A stretch of 64,000 nt of DNA from contig CAZUNO010000002.1 in NCBI GenBank assembly GCA_964621445.1, positions 136,904 to 200,903 of the forward strand, read 5' to 3'. This DNA is from Candidatus Hadarchaeota archaeon (GTDB lineage Archaea > CAYQAE01 > CAYVLA01). The notes beneath the pieces were generated by a model. The model was given only the letters and a program-made list of their open reading frames with translations. It made no database searches and was not told the origin of the DNA. Made by a program: the position numbers and the translations under genes. Positions 58,412 through 64,000 of this stretch are shown here, in pieces. Positions within the stretch are counted from its first letter, which is position 1; the number at the start of each line of letters is the position of its first letter.

Positions 58412-59265
58412 GTCTCACCAAGTACTATCCTCCCATGAGAAAGGGAGTGGTGGGTTTTAAGGACCTAATCGACACCTTCAAGAAACGAAGGGGGAAGATA
58501 AAGGCCCTGGAGGACGTGACCTTTGACCTCCACAGAGGGGAGGTATTCGGGCTCCTTGGCCCAAATGGGGCCGGCAAAACGACCTTTTGCAAGATCATCT
58601 CGGACCTGGTAATACCCACCAGCGGCCACGCCTACGTGCTGGGACATGAAGTGAACCAGGAACACAAGGAACTAGTGGGAGACATGATTTGCGTATTCGG
58701 CGGAGAAATAGCCATGTGGGGGGTATTTGCCTGGAGAATGAGCGTATACAGAAATCTAAAATTCATAGGCAATTTGTGGAAGGCTTCCCAGTCCGACATG
58801 GAGGAAAGGATCAATTTTGCCCTCGAGGTCCTGGATCTGGAGGACAAGAGAGATGAATGGTACCAGAAGCTGTCCGGGGGAACCCAGCAAAAGCTGTACC
58901 TGGCACTTCCCCTCATCGTTAAATCCCCCATCATTCTCCTGGATGAGCCAACGGTCCGGGTCGATGTTATGACCAGGAGGGAAATGCACGACATAATCCG
59001 GAAGAACCTTTGCCAGGAGCTTGGATGCTCGGTCCTGCTGACAACACACAACATGGGAGAGGCGGAAAGGGTTTGTGACAGGGTGGGCATACTCAGCCAC
59101 GGAAAGATGGTGGAGGTCGGTACTCCGCAGGAAATCACCGAAAAACTGGGTGAATCTAACCTGGAAGAGGCCTTCGTGAAGGCGGTAGGTCCCATCCGGA
59201 AGGGAGGATCCGGCATGTCGGGTGGAGGACGTCCCAGGGGCGGCGGGTTTAGGAGGAGGTTCTAA
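58387..59265 (+). CDS. ABC transporter ATP-binding protein
   Basis: GPNGAGKTT, LSGG, LLDEP, TTH. Confidence 0.95.
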   Translation: MDPVLRSVGLTKYYPPMRKGVVGFKDLIDTFKKRRGKIKALEDVTFDLHRGEVFGLLGPNGAGKTTFCKIISDLVIPTSGHAYVLGHEVNQEHKELVGDMICVFGGEIAMWGVFAWRMSVYRNLKFIGNLWKASQSDMEERINFALEVLDLEDKRDEWYQKLSGGTQQKLYLALPLIVKSPIILLDEPTVRVDVMTRREMHDIIRKNLCQELGCSVLLTTHNMGEAERVCDRVGILSHGKMVEVGTPQEITEKLGESNLEEAFVKAVGPIRKGGSGMSGGGRPRGGGFRRRF

Positions 59266-59267
59266 TC

Positions 59268-60137
59268 ATGTCAAGTGAAGAGAACGGCTTGCTCTCCAGC
59301 ATCCGTTCCGAACTCACCGTATTTTACTGGTTTTTCTACAGAACGTTGGTCCAACAGCTTTCATTCCGTTCATGGTTCGTGATGAGGATACTGGGAACCG
59401 TGGTTGGGGTGACCACATTCGCAATATTCGCTCAGGTCATCCCCAGTGATGCAGTGAACACTGCCGTCTACGAGAGGTACGGAATATCTGGTCCGAACCC
59501 GTTCATGACCTGGTTTCTAATCGGGATGCTCATACAGAACATGATCAGCCTGGGGGGAACAAGGATAAGCAGACTGGTGAACAGCCCCTTCTACCCCTAC
59601 TACCACTCCTCTCCTACAAAGCTCGCAACCGTGCTGCTCGGGAACTCCTCCTTCAGGTATACCTGGATAGCCGTTGAGACCCTTGCCTATATCTTCGTGG
59701 GCTCCCTTTTCGGTCTTAAGATATTCTTCAACCTCGGTTTCCTGGCGGTCCTACTTACCGGAATACTGATGATCTTCTCCCTCGACCTGCTGGCAGCAGG
59801 ATGGAACGTGATAACCAAGACCCACGAGGATCCACTAAACTGGTTCCTGAACCTCTTCAGCCGCCTGGTTTCCGGTACCTGGATCCCGGTATGGGAACTA
59901 CCCAACTGGCTCCAATGGATCTCAAATATACACCCACAGTATTACATAAACGAGATGGCCCGCCATACCCTGGGAGGTAACGCCTCCATAGCCGAAATTT
60001 GGCCCCAGCTCGCGCCCCTTCTAGGACTCACCGCCCTCATATTGGTGGTCGGATACAAGATATTTCAATATGGCTTCTGGAAAGCGCGGAACGATGGGAC
60101 CCTAGGACACGCCATGTCAGGTTGGCATGGGCACTGA
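59268..60137 (+). CDS. ABC-2 type permease
   Basis: About 6 TM; SG..IPV..LP.WLQ..S..HP motif. Confidence 0.88.
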   Translation: MSSEENGLLSSIRSELTVFYWFFYRTLVQQLSFRSWFVMRILGTVVGVTTFAIFAQVIPSDAVNTAVYERYGISGPNPFMTWFLIGMLIQNMISLGGTRISRLVNSPFYPYYHSSPTKLATVLLGNSSFRYTWIAVETLAYIFVGSLFGLKIFFNLGFLAVLLTGILMIFSLDLLAAGWNVITKTHEDPLNWFLNLFSRLVSGTWIPVWELPNWLQWISNIHPQYYINEMARHTLGGNASIAEIWPQLAPLLGLTALILVVGYKIFQYGFWKARNDGTLGHAMSGWHGH

Positions 60138-60139
60138 TT

Positions 60140-60499
60140 TCAGAAAAGGAAGCGTAGGACGGTCACCATGGGAAGCGCGTAGATCAGGGCTCCGGCCAGA
60201 ATGACCGCCTTGAACCACCGGCTCTCGAAGCTCTCAGGCGCCTCCAGGTGGACCTGCCAGAGGAGAAGGTTCAGAAGCAGGAAAGCACCTGTCCTGTATG
60301 AGACGTAGTAAACGGGTTCTATCTGCTGCAGGCCGGCGATAACGGGGTTCAGTTCGATGATCTCTTGATGTCCCCTTACTGCCCAGGTAACCACTGCATC
60401 CCAGACATAGAAAACCTCGAGGCCGAGAATAGCGATCCTCCACAGCAAGTATTCATATCTTGGGGGTTCCCTTGAAAAATCGTTCCAGAGAAAGGTCAA
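60140..60499 (-). CDS. Small membrane protein (DUF5658-like)
   Basis: Likely TTG start at 60499; D...T...ELNP motif; 3 TM. Confidence 0.55.
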   Translation of the reverse strand: MTFLWNDFSREPPRYEYLLWRIAILGLEVFYVWDAVVTWAVRGHQEIIELNPVIAGLQQIEPVYYVSYRTGAFLLLNLLLWQVHLEAPESFESRWFKAVILAGALIYALPMVTVLRFLF

Positions 60500-60509
60500 T
60501 ATTCGCCGG

Positions 60510-60881
60510 TTATCGTTCCATTCTGGACACGTTGAGTTTCGAACCGGATACCTCATCAATTCTGACCCTTTCTCCGGGAGGGATGGGTCCATCAGTCGCT
60601 CTTGCCACCCATAACACTCCTTCAAACCTCACCATGCCCACCGGATCGAGGCTTTCCATTACCTCCGCCTCCTTTCCGACCATGGATTCTGCTCCCACCG
60701 CCGGTTGATGCCAGGGAAAAAGTGCTATCTTTATGGAGAAGAAAACGATAAAGCCAAGGATCACCCAGGGGACCCATTGCGCGGCGTAGATCAGAAGCAC
60801 CGCAACCAGGAAAATCCCGATGACCGTCTCCTCCACACAGCTAAGAAAGAACTGATGTCTGACATCAAGACGTTTCTTCAT
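60510..60881 (-). CDS. Short NfeD family protein
   Basis: TMs then GAESMVGKEA..LDPVGMVRFEGVLW.A OB-fold. Confidence 0.88.
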   Translation of the reverse strand: MKKRLDVRHQFFLSCVEETVIGIFLVAVLLIYAAQWVPWVILGFIVFFSIKIALFPWHQPAVGAESMVGKEAEVMESLDPVGMVRFEGVLWVARATDGPIPPGERVRIDEVSGSKLNVSRMER

Positions 60882-60987
60882 TCCATCCCCCTATTCTTCC
60901 TCGGTTACCCCGAACTTGTTAGTAACATGTCTATAGATGAGCAGGGTATAGACCGCCGGGAAACCCAACATCAGGAGCAAACTCCAA

Positions 60988-61443
60988 TCAACGCTCAGAG
61001 TCCTCTACCTCCTTCCTCACATGGAGGGTCAGACCCTCCACACCCACAACCTCGACCGTGGCTCCCTCCTCTACCTCTCCCTCATCCAGACGGGCCTTCC
61101 AGATCTCGTTCTCGATCCTAACCAGGCCATTGGGGTCCAGAGGCGATTCCGTCTCCCCGCTCTTTCCTATCATGCCCTCCCTGCCGGTAATGGGCCACAA
61201 TCTAGAGACCGCTATGCAGGGCCACATGACCAGTAGGTCCTTCACCACCAGTATCCCGAAAACCAAGGCCACGAACCATAGAGGGATTGTCCAGTCGCTG
61301 AGTAAATGTACCAGGGCCATTACCACGCCGGCGATTATCTCGTCACTGGCCAGGCTTACCGAACGTATCGCCCAGTATCGCCTGGAATACATCTTCCAAC
61401 GTAAGGGCCCCCCGGAGGTCATCCAGTACATGTCCCGGGACAT
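60988..61443 (-). CDS. Short NfeD family protein
   Basis: Start coupled to upstream stop (TGATG); TGREGMIGKSG..LDPNGLV..EIWKA..GLTLHV. Confidence 0.88.
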   Translation of the reverse strand: MSRDMYWMTSGGPLRWKMYSRRYWAIRSVSLASDEIIAGVVMALVHLLSDWTIPLWFVALVFGILVVKDLLVMWPCIAVSRLWPITGREGMIGKSGETESPLDPNGLVRIENEIWKARLDEGEVEEGATVEVVGVEGLTLHVRKEVEDSER

Positions 61444-61751
61444 CACTCGTCCCCCAACAACATGTTCATGCCCCCCTGGGCACACTCCCTGCACTGGACC
61501 ACTATTAGGGCCATCGGTTTTCCGTTCACCACCAGGCGATGCACGCTGACCATGGATTCTTCCATGGTCGCCCCCAAAGACATGGTGCCACTGGAGATGA
61601 AGAGCTTCATGCCGTCGGTTATATGGGCGCAGAGGGCTATGATTGTGTTTAGCTCCTTATCTAGGAATATCCTCTCGGCAACGATCCCTGTCTCACCGAG
61701 TCGTTCCCTTATCGTCCTCTCCAGACGCGATCTGTCGATCTCGATATCCAA
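61443..61751 (-). CDS. Hypothetical protein with C-terminal CxxC
   Basis: 102 aa, coupled to downstream NfeD; CREC. Confidence 0.55.
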   Translation of the reverse strand: MDIEIDRSRLERTIRERLGETGIVAERIFLDKELNTIIALCAHITDGMKLFISSGTMSLGATMEESMVSVHRLVVNGKPMALIVVQCRECAQGGMNMLLGDE

Positions 61752-61814
61752 AACTCCCCTTACCTGATGTTTCCCTAAACGGTTTAATGTTTTCCGAACT
61801 ACTCATGCAGACTC

Positions 61815-62477
61815 CTACCTGCAAATACTTCCGTTACAGAACGTCTGCACCTCTTTGAGGCAGGTGTCCAGGGCTTTCCTGAGAATGTCAAGCCCAATCC
61901 CCGGCACCCCGCAGGAAAGTATCCAGGCGGAAGTGGTCTCCAAAGTTATCTTCGTCCGGTCGCTATCCCTGTGAGGATATAGCGCGATGAGCTTTTCATC
62001 ATCGGAAATCACTGGTTCATTCCCCTCAAGATGTATGGGCTCCCTACTCCCGATCGGTTTCATGGCCTCTCCTGATCTGCCAAACCTCAAGCGAAAGGAT
62101 CCCTTGATTTTGTCGCCATCAAAGGCGGCGAAGGGGATCTTGGTCCTCATTGAGGCAAGATTAAGGGCATCCACGAAGGTGTTTATCGAGGGGAGTTTTC
62201 TACCGTGCAGCACTCTTCTGGTAAGGGCCTCGGAGGCCGGACGGGTCTTTGTGGGATCTATTCCACATCTCCAGAAGAAATCCCGATACGCCCGGAAGAT
62301 CGGGTCGTTCTTTAGGGTTCCAATCGGGCGTCTATTCCTGATTTCCTCCTCATCCTCCATCATTTTTGATGATAGATCCTTCGTGGCTTGACGAACCGAG
62401 AGATCTTTCAGTCTCCTGCCTAGTACGAAGAAATTCCCAAGCTGGGACTTCATCTTATCGCTCGGCTCTAATAACAC
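61815..62477 (-). CDS. B3/B4 (PheT editing-domain-like) protein
   Basis: AYRDFF, GIDPTKTRPASEAL.RR, IN..VD..N, FD.DKI. Confidence 0.9.
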   Translation of the reverse strand: MLLEPSDKMKSQLGNFFVLGRRLKDLSVRQATKDLSSKMMEDEEEIRNRRPIGTLKNDPIFRAYRDFFWRCGIDPTKTRPASEALTRRVLHGRKLPSINTFVDALNLASMRTKIPFAAFDGDKIKGSFRLRFGRSGEAMKPIGSREPIHLEGNEPVISDDEKLIALYPHRDSDRTKITLETTSAWILSCGVPGIGLDILRKALDTCLKEVQTFCNGSICR

Positions 62478-62490
62478 AGGGCCACCTCAA

Positions 62491-63978
62491 TCAGTCCTCT
62501 GACTGCATCCGGAATAGGGGGACGCAAGCCCTGTATAGTTTCTCGTAAAGCTCACGTTTTTTCTTATAGATTTTCACGGTCTCGGGGTCGGGTTCCCATC
62601 TCTTCTCCACCGGGTTGAGTTTCTGGATATCAAGGTCCGCTCCCACCCCCCGCATGGCCAATAATAAGGCGCCTAGCGAGGCGGCCTCGGATCTCAAGGG
62701 CCGGGAATATGTCCTCCCCGTAACATCGGCCTTTATCTGATTCCAGAGAGAGCTCATTGAAGCACCGCCCAGTGCCATTATATGGTCGGGTTGCTGGTCC
62801 TGTTCCTTGAGAACGTCTATACATGCACTTATCTCAAATGCAATGCCCTCCAGGATCGATCTACCTAGATCCCCGTAGGAGTGGCCTAGTCGCAGGCCAT
62901 AGAACACGCCTCTGGCCCTGGAATTCCACCGCGAGGCCTGGGCTCCCATGAGGAAGGGTAGAAAGACCACGCCCTTTGAGCCCGGAGGCGATTTTGAGGC
63001 CTCCCGGTCGATAAACCCATAGGGATCGGAATCGAATTCCTCTCCCCCGGAAGGCGGTCTAAAGCTGTCCCTAAACCACCTGAGGGAGAGGCCGGTGCTT
63101 CCTATCCCCTGTTCGAGGAGGTACTCGCCCTCCTCGGCATGGAATGAATATAGCATGCCCTCGGTCAACTTGGACGGGAGACTTCCTGTTGCTATGGACA
63201 GGTTGGTCGCGCTTCCAGTTGATTCCATGGCTCTCTCGGTGGTCACCCCGGTCCCCATCGCCTCACACTGCCTATCACCGGCACCGGCAACTACAATTGG
63301 GGAACTCTCAAACCCGAATTCGCCTGCCAGGGGGGATAGCACCTCCCCCGCTATTCGGTGGGAAGGCCCTGGTTCACACATCAAATCCTCGGTGATACCC
63401 AGGTACTCCAGCATCTCGACCCACCACTCACGTTTTCGCAGGTCGTACATCATTGTCCTGGAAGCCAGGGAGTAATCGGTGGAGTATTCCCCGGTTAAGA
63501 GGTATACCATGTAGTCCTTGGGAAGAAGAAACTTGCTGACATTTTCAAGAACCCGCGGCCGATTTTTTGTTAACCACAGTATCTTAGGGGCAGTAAAATA
63601 GGGATCGGCCTTCATCCCCGTCCTCTGGTGTATCTCATCTCCAAAGTGTTCCTCCAGTTCCAGTGCCTCGTCCTCGCATCTGCGGTCGGCCCACAGTATG
63701 CAGGGGGTAACCGGTCTGCCTTCATCATCCAGGCCCAAGACGCTCTCCCTATGTGAACATATGCCGATTGATTCTATTTCACCCTCGTATCCCCTGGTGC
63801 ATTTTTCGAAACCCCTCCTCACTGCCGCCCACCAGTCATGGGGATCCTGTTGAGCCCAATCCGGTTGGGGGTGATTAGTCCCTATCTCCTCAACATGACG
63901 ACCTATCTCACTTGCCTCGCGAGTAAAAAGGTGGATTTTGCACATGGTGGTTCCAAGATCTACGGCCAGGTAAGCCAA
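62491..63978 (-). CDS. FGGY-family carbohydrate (xylulose-type) kinase
   Basis: AVDLGTT, WADRR, ASRT, GAGDRQ, LPFLMG, EGIA, GGA. Confidence 0.93.
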   Translation of the reverse strand: MAYLAVDLGTTMCKIHLFTREASEIGRHVEEIGTNHPQPDWAQQDPHDWWAAVRRGFEKCTRGYEGEIESIGICSHRESVLGLDDEGRPVTPCILWADRRCEDEALELEEHFGDEIHQRTGMKADPYFTAPKILWLTKNRPRVLENVSKFLLPKDYMVYLLTGEYSTDYSLASRTMMYDLRKREWWVEMLEYLGITEDLMCEPGPSHRIAGEVLSPLAGEFGFESSPIVVAGAGDRQCEAMGTGVTTERAMESTGSATNLSIATGSLPSKLTEGMLYSFHAEEGEYLLEQGIGSTGLSLRWFRDSFRPPSGGEEFDSDPYGFIDREASKSPPGSKGVVFLPFLMGAQASRWNSRARGVFYGLRLGHSYGDLGRSILEGIAFEISACIDVLKEQDQQPDHIMALGGASMSSLWNQIKADVTGRTYSRPLRSEAASLGALLLAMRGVGADLDIQKLNPVEKRWEPDPETVKIYKKKRELYEKLYRACVPLFRMQSED

Positions 63979-64000
63979 TTTTCAACCGCCTCTTTCATTA

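Noticed and set aside
1-64000. Many 60-220 aa ORFs overlapping well-supported genes (e.g. 12930-13544, 37558-38232, 49641-50243, 58632-59216)
   Set aside because: No recognisable motifs; typical antisense shadows of real CDSs.
1-64000. CRISPR arrays, tRNA/rRNA genes, proviral genes
   Set aside because: No regularly spaced repeats, cloverleaf/T-loop motifs, or integrase/capsid genes noticed; intergenic space is small.

Overview
Archaeal genomic window (GGTGA/GGAGG-type ribosome-binding sites, BRE/TATA boxes, a PEF-CTERM sorting signal, DUF835/KaiC-type proteins; the receiver and kinase resemble Bathyarchaeia-type proteins, but lineage is not established). About 63 densely packed CDSs, mostly carbohydrate/peptide catabolism, ABC transport and glycan-related genes. 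No rRNA, tRNA or CRISPR array recognised. Main points: (1) five dispersed paralogues of an uncharacterised ~410-440 aa single-pass surface protein, with a signal peptide, a variable class-I glutamine-amidotransferase-like (DUF1355-type) head lacking the catalytic Cys, a conserved helical stalk with F-x-x-x-F-G-A-N, and a conserved ALxWVYxxEW TM/basic tail; (2) an alpha-2-macroglobulin-like secreted protein with animal-type motifs running off the left edge, missed by the ORF track; (3) an AT-richer signalling island (7TM-PAS histidine kinase, two membrane DUF835 proteins, GvpD/KaiC-like ATPase, receiver, small helical domain also embedded in one DUF835 protein) interrupted by a decayed ISH6-type transposase; (4) an RHH-sat-DHH-alkaline-phosphatase-fold-cysC PAPS operon with no reductase or sulfotransferase; (5) an M24-LarA-amidohydrolase-YjbQ-PfkB operon; (6) a multiply frameshifted FGGY kinase pseudogene. 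All family calls come from motif recognition by eye, not database searches.
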